A DNA stretch of 64,000 nt from an uncultured Methylotenera sp. (GCA_965649545.1 CBFGLF010000001.1:713-64712); one strand, 5' to 3'. Shown: positions 50,987 to 64,000, numbered from the stretch's first letter. A program made the numbers and translations. Notes: generated by a model not told the origin, from the letters alone.

Positions 50987-53455
50987 TTATTTCAGGGAGA
51001 CGCTGCCGGTTTTCCCGCTCAGGTGGTAATTGGCCTGCATCGGGCGATTCTTGATGTTGAGCTGGGTGTGTACCCGACCTGTGAGGTTCTGGTCGGCAAA
51101 GATGTCGAACTCCCCGTCCGCCTTGAGTTGTCCGCCGTCCAGCAGCACCTGGCGATACTGATAGTGGCCGTTCTGCAGCGTAAGGTTTCCGCTCAGGCTG
51201 TCGAATCTGGTGGTCCCACCGATGGATTGTCCTGCGCCCGCATGCATGGCACGCACCAGGTCGATACCGCCAAGATAACCCTGGCTGGCATCGAAACGTG
51301 CCGTGACCTGTGGCGTGTCGGCCAGGTGCGCGAATTCTTCGGCGGACATGGTGTAACTGCCCTTGGCATTGAGATGCCCCTTCAAATGGACCAACGAACT
51401 GAACGCGGGGCTCACTTCCTGCAGTCTAACCTTCTCGAGTTCAAAATCGCCCGTCGCTTGCCAGACGGCCGACCAATCAAGGGACATCGACCCCGTGAGC
51501 TTACCGCCATGCAGCGCCGCATCGATCCGCTCCAGGCGCAATGCGTGCTCTTGTGCGATGCCTTCCGCCTTCAGTGAATCGAACACGAGAGGCGCGCCGA
51601 TAGGGGAAGTCCAGTCAGTCGCCTCGATCGTGACTCGATAGCCATTCGCTACAGGCGTGATCTTAGCCTGCATCCTTCGGCTCTCATCGCGTAAAGCGAT
51701 ATGTTCAACCTGGTTATCGGTGAGTTTGATCGTGCCATTAAAGGTTTTGAGATCCAGATCAGGGGCCTGTAGCTTGATCTTGTTGAAGGCGATCTCCTTG
51801 AAGATTACCTGCTTGGAGGATTGCGCGTTACCTAACCACTCTCCCGTTTGGGCCAAGGTCGCGGGTTCCAGCGTGGCCGTATCGAACTCGAGGGTGTCCA
51901 GTTCTTTGGTGTCTTCAAAGATCGTCGCCAATACAGGGGATATGTGCACTTTGGAAACCTTGACCTCCGATGTCTTGCCTATGGTGACGGATTCAAGCAC
52001 GAGATGAGGCGTCGGCCAGAGCGAGGCATTAACGGCAGCGATCCTGACCGGGGATTTGATCGTGGAGGTCGCCAAGCGCTCGATGGGACCGATCAACACC
52101 GTGAGGTTCAGGAAATGGACGGCGACCAGCAGTAGTACGAAGAGCGCACCGATGCTGATAAAAAGCGTTTTTGCCAATGCCCCCGATCCCGCGATCCATC
52201 CGCTGAAATCGATGGGTGTGCGTTCTGCCCGCCTTCTGGCTTTCTCTTCCGCCTTGACGAGTGCCCTCGCGTCGGCTTCCTCGCGTGCCTTGCGTTTGGC
52301 TTCAGCCTTGATGGCCTCTTCCGCAGCTTTGCGCGCCTGCTTTTCCGCGGCGAGCCGTGCCTTCTCTTCCGCCAATTGCCGTGCGCGGGCCTCGGCCTCT
52401 TCGCGTGCTTTTTGTTTCGCTTCTTCCTTGGCACGGGCTTCGGCCTCGCGACGAGCCCGTTCCTCGGCTTCTCGTTTAGCCTTGGCTTCAGCTTCTTCTC
52501 TAGCGCGACGCTCTGCTTCGATACGGGCACGTTCTTCCGCCTCGCGCTTCAGCCGAGCTTCTTCTTCGAGGCGTGCCTTGCGCTCAGCTTCCATGCGCGC
52601 TTTCTCTTCGGCCTCCTGACGTGCCCGCTCCTCGGCGAGCGCTTTGGCGCGCATGGCTTCTTCTTCACGCGCCTTACGCTCAGCCTCGCGGCGGGCTTGT
52701 TCCTCGGCTTCACGCTTGCTGCGTGTCTCCGCTTCGGCGCGCGTGCGGGCCATGGCGGCTTCGATCTCGCGCTGCTCGGCTTCCAGCCGTTCCTTCTCTA
52801 ACGCAACCTTGGCTTTGGCCTCTGCCTGCTCCTTGGCCAGCCGTTTCTCTTCCTTGCGCTTGGCGATATGGGCTTCCTTGGCTGCGGCCTTTTCCGCCTC
52901 CTTCGCCTTGCGGGCCTCCACGCTACTCAACTGTTCGTTGCGTGCCAACTTCTCGATATCGATCTTTTCTGCGAGTTCGGAATTGGCCAGCATGTCGGTG
53001 ACCATCAACAACTGGCGTTCCGCTTCTTCCTGCTCCTTGGCTTTCTGCGCGAGCAGGCGTTGCTCTTCCTCAAATGCTTTGGCTCGCGCTTCCGCTTCCA
53101 GTTGCTGACGTTTCTTGTCCTCGGTGTGGATCCCGTGCGCTTCGCTTTCGACCCGCATGAATTCCTCGGCACTGATCTCCGCCACTTCGATCACGGAGCT
53201 GCCCTCGAATCCCGGGCCACTATCCAGTTCGGCATCGTCGCTACTGACGGCGCGGATGTATTCGTCCTGTTCCAGGCTGCCGAGGATCTTTTCCAACGCT
53301 TCTTCGGAGAGCTTGCCGATCTCTTCCAGCAATTCGCCAGCGCTCAACTTACCGTTGACCTTGGAAAGCACTTTGGTCTGTTCGGGGGATAAGGATTTGG
53401 ATGCAAGCGCCCGTGCGCCTTTGCCGGTCTTGCTGTACACCATGGACAAATTCAT
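50987..53455 (-). CDS. chimeric inner-membrane protein: small N-domain, about 300-aa E/R/K/A charged helix, TM, AsmA-like periplasmic domain
   Basis: Track ORF 50987..53647. I place the start at ATG 53455 (AAGGA 8 nt upstream), because the upstream extension is just the translated parS site and intergenic DNA. 822 aa. Residues about 112-412 are EAERKAREEE-type repeats. TM is LFISIGALFVLLLVAVHFLNL. The C-terminal 365 aa carry an AsmA-like pattern (...TRFDSLSGNLTLQNGHYQYRQVLLDGGQLKADGEFDI...). Confidence 0.7.
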   Translation of the reverse strand: MNLSMVYSKTGKGARALASKSLSPEQTKVLSKVNGKLSAGELLEEIGKLSEEALEKILGSLEQDEYIRAVSSDDAELDSGPGFEGSSVIEVAEISAEEFMRVESEAHGIHTEDKKRQQLEAEARAKAFEEEQRLLAQKAKEQEEAERQLLMVTDMLANSELAEKIDIEKLARNEQLSSVEARKAKEAEKAAAKEAHIAKRKEEKRLAKEQAEAKAKVALEKERLEAEQREIEAAMARTRAEAETRSKREAEEQARREAERKAREEEAMRAKALAEERARQEAEEKARMEAERKARLEEEARLKREAEERARIEAERRAREEAEAKAKREAEERARREAEARAKEEAKQKAREEAEARARQLAEEKARLAAEKQARKAAEEAIKAEAKRKAREEADARALVKAEEKARRRAERTPIDFSGWIAGSGALAKTLFISIGALFVLLLVAVHFLNLTVLIGPIERLATSTIKSPVRIAAVNASLWPTPHLVLESVTIGKTSEVKVSKVHISPVLATIFEDTKELDTLEFDTATLEPATLAQTGEWLGNAQSSKQVIFKEIAFNKIKLQAPDLDLKTFNGTIKLTDNQVEHIALRDESRRMQAKITPVANGYRVTIEATDWTSPIGAPLVFDSLKAEGIAQEHALRLERIDAALHGGKLTGSMSLDWSAVWQATGDFELEKVRLQEVSPAFSSLVHLKGHLNAKGSYTMSAEEFAHLADTPQVTARFDASQGYLGGIDLVRAMHAGAGQSIGGTTRFDSLSGNLTLQNGHYQYRQVLLDGGQLKADGEFDIFADQNLTGRVHTQLNIKNRPMQANYHLSGKTGSVSLK
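52220..53122 (-). repeat. low-complexity coding repeat (Glu/Ala/Arg/Lys tract)
   Basis: Degenerate GCn/GAR/CGn/AAR periodic DNA. Multiple frames on both strands are open across it in the ORF track (52056..52619, 52108..52530, 52376..52801, 52573..53001, 52644..53108). Confidence 0.7.
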
Positions 53456-53606
53456 AGAAGCATCCTTGCCTGATTTATAGTTATATGGCGACGAGAAGTG
53501 AATCAACGCTGATTCTGATATTTTTCCCGGGATTAGTCCAGCCTTGCACCAATCGAGCGCGTTTGATGGATGGCGGGCTCTCCAGACCTGCAGGATCGTT
53601 GCGTTT

Positions 53607-53622
53607 TGTTTCACGTGGAACA
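53607..53622. promoter_or_regulatory. parS ParB binding site in the spacer upstream of mnmG
   Basis: tgtttcacgtggaaca, a hybrid of the TGTTTCACGTGAAACA and TGTTCCACGTGGAACA forms. Confidence 0.8.
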
Positions 53623-53694
53623 TCATCATTCGACATGACGGGAACACGGCTTTGCAGTAACATATGCAACCTTAAAACGACGGTATCGAAACGC

Positions 53695-55587
53695 ATGCAA
53701 TTCCCTGAAAAATTTGACGTTATTGTGGTCGGCGGCGGCCATGCAGGCACAGAAGCGGCACTGGCTTCTGCACGCATGGGTCGCAAGACGCTGCTGCTCA
53801 CCCATAACATCGAAACCCTGGGGCAGATGTCATGTAATCCGTCCATCGGCGGCATCGGCAAGGGCCATCTGGTGAAAGAAGTGGATGCCCTGGGAGGCGC
53901 CATGGCGGCCGCGACTGACGAAGGCGGTATCCAGTTCCGTATCCTGAATTCAAGCAAAGGGCCGGCTGTGCGCGCCACACGTGCGCAAGCCGACCGCGTG
54001 CTGTACAAGGCGGCTATCCGCCACCGCCTGGAGAACCAACCCAACCTTTGGCTGTTCCAGCAAGCGGTCGACGACATCATGCTTGACGGCGAACGTGCGA
54101 CCGGCGTGATCACCCAGCTTGGCCTCAAGTTCGAGGCAAGAGCGGTGGTCTTGACCGCCGGTACCTTCCTTGGCGGGTTGGTGCACGTCGGGATGGCCAA
54201 TTACCAGGCAGGGCGCGCAGGCGACCCGCCATCGATCTCACTTGCGGCCCGGTTGCGCGAGATCGGCTTGCCCGCCGGCCGTCTCAAAACTGGCACGCCA
54301 CCTCGTATCGATGGCCGCACCATCGACTACTCCGTGATGGAAGAGCAGCCCGGCGACGATCCGGTGCCGGTGTTCTCGTTTCTGGGCAATGCGAGTCAGC
54401 ATCCTGCGCAGCGTCCCTGCTGGATCACGCATACCAACGCACGGACGCACGAGATCATCCGTAGCGGTCTCGACCGCTCGCCCATGTACACCGGGGTGAT
54501 CGAGGGTGTGGGTCCGCGCTATTGCCCGTCTGTCGAGGACAAGATCCACCGCTTCGCGGACAAGGAATCGCACCAGATATTCCTGGAGCCGGAGGGATTA
54601 GCAACGCATGAGATCTATCCCAACGGCATCTCGACCAGCCTGCCCTTCGATATCCAGTATCAGCTGGTGCGTTCCATCCGTGGGCTGGAGAACGCGCATA
54701 TCCTGCGGCCAGGCTATGCCATCGAATACGATTACTACGATCCACGCGGATTGAAGAACTCCCTGGAGACCAAAGCCGTCCAGGGGCTGTTTTTCGCAGG
54801 CCAGATCAACGGCACCACGGGCTATGAGGAAGCGGCGGCCCAAGGCCTGCTGGCCGGCGCCAATGCCGCGCTCTATGCCACTGAGGACGCTTCCTGGTGT
54901 CCGGGCCGCGAGCAAGCTTACCTGGGTGTGCTGGTCGATGACCTCATCACGCGTGGCGTGAGTGAGCCCTATCGCATGTTCACCAGCCGTGCGGAATATC
55001 GCTTGATGCTGCGAGAGGACAACGCGGACATGCGTCTGACCGAAGCGGGCCGCAAGATCGGCCTGGTCGACGATGTGCGCTGGGAGGCGTTCAGTCGCAA
55101 GCAGGAGGCCATCGCCCGCGAGCAGGAGCGACTCAAGCGCAGTTTCGTGCGTCCTGGGGTATTGCCGGAGGCCGATGCCATGCGCGTCTTGGGTAAGGCC
55201 ATCGATCACGAGTATTCCTTGTTCGAACTGTTGCGTCGTCCTGAAGTGAGTTATGAGGCCCTGCTCTCCTTGACCGGCGCGGGTGAAGGCGAAACCGACG
55301 AACAGGTACGTCAGCAGCTCGAGATCGCGGCGAAATACCAAGGCTACATCGATCGTCAGCAGGATGAGATCGAGCGTCAACGCGGCAACGAAGAGACCTC
55401 ATTGCCCGCCGATCTCGATTACAAAGACGTGCATGGCCTGTCGATCGAGGCGCAGCAAAAACTCAACGCCCACAAACCGCAAACCATCGGGCAAGCCAGC
55501 CGCATCTCCGGTATCACTCCGGCGGCCATTTCGCTGTTGCTGGTCTACCTCAAGCGCAAAAGCCGTCAGAAGCAGCGTGCGGCATGA
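53695..55587 (+). CDS. mnmG: tRNA uridine 5-carboxymethylaminomethyl modification enzyme MnmG (GidA)
   Basis: Track ORF 53485..55587. The canonical N-terminus [22 protein letters not shown] starts at ATG 53695. Confidence 0.95.
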   Translation: MQFPEKFDVIVVGGGHAGTEAALASARMGRKTLLLTHNIETLGQMSCNPSIGGIGKGHLVKEVDALGGAMAAATDEGGIQFRILNSSKGPAVRATRAQADRVLYKAAIRHRLENQPNLWLFQQAVDDIMLDGERATGVITQLGLKFEARAVVLTAGTFLGGLVHVGMANYQAGRAGDPPSISLAARLREIGLPAGRLKTGTPPRIDGRTIDYSVMEEQPGDDPVPVFSFLGNASQHPAQRPCWITHTNARTHEIIRSGLDRSPMYTGVIEGVGPRYCPSVEDKIHRFADKESHQIFLEPEGLATHEIYPNGISTSLPFDIQYQLVRSIRGLENAHILRPGYAIEYDYYDPRGLKNSLETKAVQGLFFAGQINGTTGYEEAAAQGLLAGANAALYATEDASWCPGREQAYLGVLVDDLITRGVSEPYRMFTSRAEYRLMLREDNADMRLTEAGRKIGLVDDVRWEAFSRKQEAIAREQERLKRSFVRPGVLPEADAMRVLGKAIDHEYSLFELLRRPEVSYEALLSLTGAGEGETDEQVRQQLEIAAKYQGYIDRQQDEIERQRGNEETSLPADLDYKDVHGLSIEAQQKLNAHKPQTIGQASRISGITPAAISLLLVYLKRKSRQKQRAA

Positions 55588-56219
55588 GGTTGCGGGCGAT
55601 CCTCGACGATGGTCTGGCAGAGCTGGGCCTGGCACTGGATGAGACCAAGCGACAGAAGCTGATCGAGTACATCCACCTGCTCAATAAGTGGAACAAGGTG
55701 CATAACCTGACCGCGGTCCGTGATCCGGAAGAGATGGTCACGCTGCATTTGTTGGACAGTCTGGCTGTGTTGCCGCATGTGCGGGCCAAACGCCTGCTGG
55801 ATGTGGGTAGCGGAGCAGGCTTGCCCGGTATCCCCTTCGCCATCTGCTTGCCGGAACTGCAGGTGACGGTAATGGACTCCAGTCAGAAGAAGGCCAGTTT
55901 CATGCGCCAGGCGAAGGCGGAGCTTGGGTTGGCCAACCTTGAGGTCGAGTGCGGCCGAGTCGAGGATTACCAGCCTGAGGCGCCATTCGATGTCATCACG
56001 TCGCGAGCATTTTCCGAGCTGGCCTTGTTCGTTAAGCTGACCCGGCATCTGGGTACCCCTGATGGCCAATGGCTAGCGATGAAGGGCGTCTATCCACAAG
56101 AAGAGCTCGATCGATTGCAGCTGGCGCCGAGCCAAGTGTTGCCGCTCAAGGTGCCAGGGCTGCAGGCGCAACGACATCTGGTATTTTTGCCATTCAACCA
56201 AGACATGAAGGTGGCGTAG
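55584..56219 (+). CDS. rsmG: 16S rRNA (guanine527-N7)-methyltransferase RsmG (GidB)
   Basis: 211 aa. WNKVHNLTA ... [18 protein letters not shown] overlap with mnmG. Confidence 0.92.
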   Translation: MRLRAILDDGLAELGLALDETKRQKLIEYIHLLNKWNKVHNLTAVRDPEEMVTLHLLDSLAVLPHVRAKRLLDVGSGAGLPGIPFAICLPELQVTVMDSSQKKASFMRQAKAELGLANLEVECGRVEDYQPEAPFDVITSRAFSELALFVKLTRHLGTPDGQWLAMKGVYPQEELDRLQLAPSQVLPLKVPGLQAQRHLVFLPFNQDMKVA

Positions 56220-56222
56220 GAC

Positions 56223-56993
56223 ATGCGTATTCTGGCGATCACAAATCAAAAAGGTGGGGTCGGCAAGACCACTACTTGCGTCAATCTGGCGGCGAGCCTG
56301 GCGGCGACCGGACGCAAGGTGCTGCTGGTCGATCTGGATCCGCAGGGTAACGCCACCACGGGCAGCGGGCTCGATAAAGCCCATCTCAAGCAGACCATCT
56401 ATCACGTGCTGATCGGCGACAAGACCCTGAAACAGGTGATCCAGGCCTCGAGTAAAGGCAACTTCGATGTGGCGCCCGCCAATCGCGAGCTGGCCGGGGC
56501 GGAAGTCGAGCTGGTCAACGAGATGGCGCGCGAGACACGCTTGAAAGCGGCGCTGGCGGAGGTGAAAGGGCAATATGATTATGTCCTGCTCGACTGCCCC
56601 CCTGCCCTGAATCTGGTGACCGTGAATGCCCTGACCGCGGCCAATGCCGTGATGATCCCGATGCAATGTGAATACTATGCCTTGGAAGGATTGTCAGATC
56701 TGGTGAACACCATCAAGAAAGTGCGTGCTCACTTGAATCCGACATTGGAGATCGAGGGCTTGCTGCGTACGCTGTTCGATAACCGCAACATGCTGGCGCA
56801 GCAAGTGTCGGAGCAACTGGCGCGACATTTCGGCGACAAGGTCTATGAAACCGTGATCCCGCGCAACATCCGGCTGGCGGAAGCGCCGAGCTATGGGATG
56901 CCGGCACTGATCTACGATCGCGCCTCCAAGGGTGCGCAAGCCTATCTGGCGCTGGCAGACGAAATCATCAAACGTGGAGTGGTCAATGGTTAA
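56223..56993 (+). CDS. parA: chromosome partitioning ATPase ParA (Soj)
   Basis: 256 aa. Deviant Walker A NQKGGVGKTTT, then DLDPQGNAT. Confidence 0.93.
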   Translation: MRILAITNQKGGVGKTTTCVNLAASLAATGRKVLLVDLDPQGNATTGSGLDKAHLKQTIYHVLIGDKTLKQVIQASSKGNFDVAPANRELAGAEVELVNEMARETRLKAALAEVKGQYDYVLLDCPPALNLVTVNALTAANAVMIPMQCEYYALEGLSDLVNTIKKVRAHLNPTLEIEGLLRTLFDNRNMLAQQVSEQLARHFGDKVYETVIPRNIRLAEAPSYGMPALIYDRASKGAQAYLALADEIIKRGVVNG

Positions 56994-57846
56994 ATCCAAA
57001 GGTTTGGGGCGCGGTCTCGATGCCCTTCTGGCAGGTGACGTGGGTAGTGTCGGTGAGGCGGATTCCCTGCGCATGCTGAAGATCGGCCAGTTGCAACCGG
57101 GCAAGTACCAGCCACGCACGCAGATGGACCAGGAATCCCTGGCGAGCCTGGCGGCCTCGATCAAGGCGCAGGGCATCATGCAGCCTATCCTGGTACGTGA
57201 GATCGCTGACGAGCGCTACGAAATCATCGCCGGTGAGCGCCGTTGGCGCGCCTCACAGTTGGCCGGTTTGCCTGAGGTGCCGGTACTCGTGCGGGAGATC
57301 CCGGACGAATCCGCGCTGGCGATGGCGCTGATCGAGAACATCCAGCGCGAGAACCTCAATCCCCTCGAAGAAGCCAACGGCATCAAGCGCTTGATCGACG
57401 AATTCGATATGACGCATCAGACGGCTTCCGAGGCCGTCGGGCGCTCCCGCACGGCGGTGACCAACCTGTTGCGCTTGCTCAATCTCGCGGCACCGGTACA
57501 GGAGATGCTGATGCATAACCAGATCGATATGGGGCACGCGCGCGCCCTGCTGGCGCTCGAACCTGCCAGGCAGGTGATGGCGGCGCAGCAGATCGTGCAA
57601 AAAGGCTTGTCTGTGCGCGAGGCGGAGCGCCTGGCCAATAGCGAGCAGAAACCAGTGAAACGCGTCGCCAAGGCCAGACCTAACCGGGACCTGCTGCGCC
57701 TCGAAGAGCTTGCCGCCGATCACATGGGCGCCAGAGTCAGCATCAAGCAGGGTGCGAAAGGATCCGGCAAACTGGTCATCGAGTACAAGGACCTGGACCA
57801 GCTCGACGGCATCCTGAGCAGGATGGGCGTGTCTTCCAGGGAATAG
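56986..57846 (+). CDS. parB: chromosome partitioning protein ParB (Spo0J)
   Basis: The track ORF 56932..57846 overlaps parA. ATG 56986 gives MVKSKGLGRGLDALL... Contains the CTPase/ParB box IIAGERRWRAS and an HTH. Confidence 0.93.
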   Translation: MVKSKGLGRGLDALLAGDVGSVGEADSLRMLKIGQLQPGKYQPRTQMDQESLASLAASIKAQGIMQPILVREIADERYEIIAGERRWRASQLAGLPEVPVLVREIPDESALAMALIENIQRENLNPLEEANGIKRLIDEFDMTHQTASEAVGRSRTAVTNLLRLLNLAAPVQEMLMHNQIDMGHARALLALEPARQVMAAQQIVQKGLSVREAERLANSEQKPVKRVAKARPNRDLLRLEELAADHMGARVSIKQGAKGSGKLVIEYKDLDQLDGILSRMGVSSRE

Positions 57847-57875
57847 CACGGTTCCCTACAAGACCCATCCCTTGT

Positions 57876-57904
57876 TTGACATCGTATACATTCATTGTTA
57901 GTAT
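57876..57904 (+). promoter_or_regulatory. candidate sigma70 promoter of the atp operon
   Basis: TTGACA (57876-57881), 17-nt spacer, TAGTAT (57899-57904). Confidence 0.55.
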
Positions 57905-58329
57905 CCAAGTCCTTGTTGTCTGGCGCAAAAACAGAAATTGCGGCTCAGAATCACGGTTTGATCGTGGTGGGCCTGCAGCTCCTTCTCATAATAATCAGCG
58001 CTGGTGTAACTTACCTCACCGATAATCCGCAGTCAGGAATATCCATCATCTGGGGCCAATTTTGCGCCCTGGTGAATGCGTCGCTATTGAGTTGGCGCAT
58101 GATGCAGCGTAAGCACCAGGACGCGACGGCGGGCAGGCAACTGGTATGGATGTACCGTTCCGCTTTGGAACGGTTTTTTGTTGTAATCGGGTTGCTGGCC
58201 TTCGGTATGTTGCGATTGCATCTGCCGGCCGGGCAAGTGATCCTGGGTTTTGTGATGGGTCAGGCGGTGTTGTTGCTTGTGCCTTTGGTGCGCGGAATAT
58301 TGAATAGATCGCGTGTGGAAGTTAAATAA
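57895..58329 (+). CDS. atpI: F0F1 ATP synthase subunit I
   Basis: 144-aa hydrophobic ORF preceding atpB. The longest-ORF TTG start lies inside the putative promoter, so the real start is probably downstream (TTG 57913/57916/57958 or GTG 57964). Confidence 0.65.
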   Translation: MLVSKSLLSGAKTEIAAQNHGLIVVGLQLLLIIISAGVTYLTDNPQSGISIIWGQFCALVNASLLSWRMMQRKHQDATAGRQLVWMYRSALERFFVVIGLLAFGMLRLHLPAGQVILGFVMGQAVLLLVPLVRGILNRSRVEVK

Positions 58330-58342
58330 GATTGTTAAGTAA

Positions 58343-59209
<867 letters not shown>

Positions 59210-59253
59210 AATTTTGATTCACTTTTAAGCAGTAGATTATTTACAGGAGATAG

Positions 59254-59493
<240 letters not shown>

Positions 59494-59538
59494 TCCGTCG
59501 GCAACCCTAGATAAAAGCAAACTAAGAGAGGTATTTGC

Positions 59539-60009
59539 ATGAACATCAATGCAACCCTTATTGCACAGGCGATCATGTTTGCAGTGTTCGTGTGGTTCTG
59601 CATGAAGTTCGTGTGGCCACCGATCATGAACGCACTGGCAGTACGCCAGAAGCAGATCGCAGACGGCCTGGCCGCTGCGGATCGCGGTAAGCACGAACTG
59701 GAGCTGGCAGCCAAGAAGGCCGCCCAGGAACTGCATGCAGCTAAGGAAAAGGCTTCCGATATCATCGCCCAGGCTGAAAAGCGCGCGACCGAGATCGTCG
59801 AAGAGTCCAAGACCAACGCCAAAACCGAAGGTGATCGCATCATCGCCGGTGCCAAGGCTGAGATCGAACAAGAGGTCAATCGTGCCAAGGAAGGCCTGCG
59901 TCAGCAAGTCTCCGAACTGGCGGTGGCTGGTGCAGAGAAGATCCTGCGCAAAGAGATCGATGCCAAGGCACATGCCGACATGCTGAAAACCATCGCTAAC
60001 GAGCTATAG
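59539..60009 (+). CDS. atpF: F0F1 ATP synthase subunit b
   Basis: 156 aa. N-terminal TM, then a long charged helix. Operon position. Confidence 0.93.
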   Translation: MNINATLIAQAIMFAVFVWFCMKFVWPPIMNALAVRQKQIADGLAAADRGKHELELAAKKAAQELHAAKEKASDIIAQAEKRATEIVEESKTNAKTEGDRIIAGAKAEIEQEVNRAKEGLRQQVSELAVAGAEKILRKEIDAKAHADMLKTIANEL

Positions 60010-60022
60010 GAAGTAAGCGATC

Positions 60023-60559
60023 ATGGCTGAAGCGGTAACGATAGTAAGACCTTACGCAGTCGCGGCTTTCCGTCTTGCTAAAGAGAAGAAGGCGCTGGCT
60101 AAGTGGTCCGAGATGCTGAGCTTCGCGTCGGCGATCGCTGCCGACGCCCAGATGCAGGCTTTCATCGCTGACCCCAAGGTCTCGAGCGCCGACCAGGAGA
60201 AGTTGTTCCTGGCGGTGGCTGGCGACAAGCTGGACGAGGCTGGCAAGAATCTGATCAAGCTGCTGGTCGAGTACGACCGCCTGGCTTTGTTGCCTGAAGT
60301 CGTCGCGGCTTTCGAGGAACTCAAGGCGCAAGACGAGGGCGTGCTGGAGGCTGAGATTACCGCAGCTGCCAAACCAAGCGATGCCGAAGTCAAGGCGTTG
60401 GTGAAACGCCTGGAAACCAAGTTTGGTAAAAAGATTGAAGCAAGCGTCAAAGTGGACCCCAACATCATCGGCGGGATCAAAATTTTAGTCGGCGATACGG
60501 TCATTGACGCTTCCGTCCGTGGCCAATTGCAAGAATTGGCTTATACGCTTAAAGGTTAG
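60023..60559 (+). CDS. atpH: F0F1 ATP synthase subunit delta
   Basis: 178 aa. RPYAVAAF ... [22 protein letters not shown]. Confidence 0.93.
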   Translation: MAEAVTIVRPYAVAAFRLAKEKKALAKWSEMLSFASAIAADAQMQAFIADPKVSSADQEKLFLAVAGDKLDEAGKNLIKLLVEYDRLALLPEVVAAFEELKAQDEGVLEAEITAAAKPSDAEVKALVKRLETKFGKKIEASVKVDPNIIGGIKILVGDTVIDASVRGQLQELAYTLKG

Positions 60560-60582
60560 GCCTTAAAGGTCAGGAGACAGTA

Positions 60583-62124
<1,542 letters not shown>

Positions 62125-62168
62125 GCGGTGTGCAAGACTGATTGCGAGAATAGACAGGCAACCGAACA

Positions 62169-63035
62169 ATGGCCAATAGCAAAGAAATCCGTACCAAGAT
62201 CAAGAGCGTAGAGAATACGCGCAAGATCACCAAGGCGATGGAGATGGTGGCTGCTTCCAAGATGCGGAAGGCGCAGGACCGTATGCGTCATGCCCGTCCG
62301 TACGCGGAGAAGATCCGCAACGTGGCAGCCCACATGTCCAAGGCGAACTCGGAGTACAAGCACCCGTTCCTCATCAAGCGTGACAAGGTCGCCAACATCG
62401 GCCTGATCGTCGTCACTTCCGATAAGGGCCTGTGTGGCGGTCTCAACACCAACGTCCTGCGTCTGTCCCTGAACCAGATGAAAGCCTGGGAAAGCGAAGG
62501 CAAGGGCGTAGCAGTGACGGCGATCGGTAACAAGGGTTTTGGCTTCATGGGCCGTGTCGGCGCCAAGGTCAAGTCTCATGTCACCGGTCTGGGCGATGCT
62601 CCGCACATGGACAAGCTGATCGGTCCGGTCAAGGTCATGCTGGATGCTTACATCGCTGGCGAGATCGATCAACTGTTCATCTGCTACACCAGCTTCATCA
62701 ATACCATGAAGCAGGAACCGACCATGCAGCAGCTGCTGCCCTTGGCCGGTGAAGCGTTAGGCAGTGCAGAAGGCCATTGGGATTACATCTACGAGCCGGA
62801 TGCCAAGAGCGTGATCGACGAGCTGATGATGCGCTATGTCGAATCCCTGATCTTCCACGCCGTCGCCGAGAACATGGCGTCCGAGCAGAGTGCACGTATG
62901 GTGGCCATGAAAGCCGCTTCGGACAATGCGAAGAACGTCATCGGCGAGCTCAAGCTGGTTTACAACAAGGCCCGTCAGGCTGCGATCACCAAGGAGATCT
63001 CCGAGATCGTTGGCGGCGCGGCGGCAGTGTCCTAA
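62169..63035 (+). CDS. atpG: F0F1 ATP synthase subunit gamma
   Basis: 288 aa. [30 protein letters not shown] ... C-terminal [12 protein letters not shown]. Confidence 0.95.
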   Translation: MANSKEIRTKIKSVENTRKITKAMEMVAASKMRKAQDRMRHARPYAEKIRNVAAHMSKANSEYKHPFLIKRDKVANIGLIVVTSDKGLCGGLNTNVLRLSLNQMKAWESEGKGVAVTAIGNKGFGFMGRVGAKVKSHVTGLGDAPHMDKLIGPVKVMLDAYIAGEIDQLFICYTSFINTMKQEPTMQQLLPLAGEALGSAEGHWDYIYEPDAKSVIDELMMRYVESLIFHAVAENMASEQSARMVAMKAASDNAKNVIGELKLVYNKARQAAITKEISEIVGGAAAVS

Positions 63036-63061
63036 AGATAACGATTTACCCAAAGCAGTAG

Positions 63062-64000
<939 letters not shown>

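Noticed and set aside
50869-51054. 61-aa plus-strand ORF in the gap between the cytochrome c gene and the 822-aa gene. The gap also has a second hairpin, gatgcaa-N8-ttgcatc, at about 50904-50925, which I considered as a possible sRNA.
   Set aside because: The ORF has no RBS and runs into the 3' end of the convergent long gene. The hairpins are adequately explained as terminator or transcript-stabilising structures of the minus-strand gene. I found no promoter-plus-terminator pair that would define an independent sRNA.
52056-53108. Several 140-190-aa ORFs in other frames and on the other strand over the charged-repeat region (Ser/Ala/Arg-rich, Phe/Leu/Gly-rich and similar).
   Set aside because: They are by-products of the periodic GCn/GAR/CGn repeat. 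Only the minus-strand E/R/K/A frame is continuous with flanking non-repetitive coding sequence, a TM segment and a folded domain.
53456-53647. N-terminal extension of the long minus-strand ORF ([14 protein letters not shown]...) and the plus-strand extension of mnmG from 53485 (..FVSRGTSSF..).
   Set aside because: Both extensions merely translate the parS palindrome and intergenic DNA. Canonical starts with RBS or family-typical N-termini exist at 53455 (minus) and 53695 (plus). Two divergent genes cannot both occupy this spacer.

Overview
This is an origin-proximal, almost entirely housekeeping stretch of a proteobacterial chromosome. Gene order resembles Pseudomonas and Betaproteobacteria. 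dnaA-dnaN-gyrB without recF favours a betaproteobacterium, and the pqqA copy is compatible with a methylotroph-like lineage; both points are inference only. Coding is dense on both strands. Gene order: tyrS (partial) | M23 peptidase-anmK-gltA | erpA-bactofilin-DUF6776-like-argC | rpsI-rplM | ubiA-ubiC-recG-ridA-spoT-rpoZ-gmk-yicC | Ser/Thr kinase-PP2C-rph-rdgB-72 aa ORF-hemW | FimV-like-argH | algZ-algR-mscS-hemCDXY | ferredoxin reductase, fxsA | cutA-dsbD-tlpA-aroQ-accBC-prmA-DUF3426 | pqqA | oxyR-gyrB-dnaN-dnaA | rpmH-rnpA-yidD-yidC-mnmE | cytochrome b561-cytochrome c-822 aa membrane protein | mnmG-rsmG-parA-parB-atpIBEFHAG-atpD (partial). I saw no rRNA, tRNA, CRISPR array, transposase, integrase, phage or recognisable defence genes, and I cannot support a claim of a novel multi-gene system here. 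Worth a second look: (1) a 23-codon orphan pqqA below the ORF-track cut-off; (2) four parS centromere sites around dnaA, two of them inside genes; (3) an unusually long AT-rich dnaA-dnaN spacer with DnaA-box-like motifs, a candidate oriC; (4) an 822-aa protein that fuses a roughly 300-residue E/R/K/A charged helix to a transmembrane segment and an AsmA-like periplasmic domain; (5) a soluble Hanks kinase/PP2C pair embedded in the spoT-rph nucleotide-metabolism neighbourhood; (6) a translationally coupled 72-aa ORF; (7) a FimV-like protein next to the FimS/AlgR pair. Several smaller start-codon and repeat oddities are also listed. Family assignments come from motifs I recognise in the translations; no database search was run.
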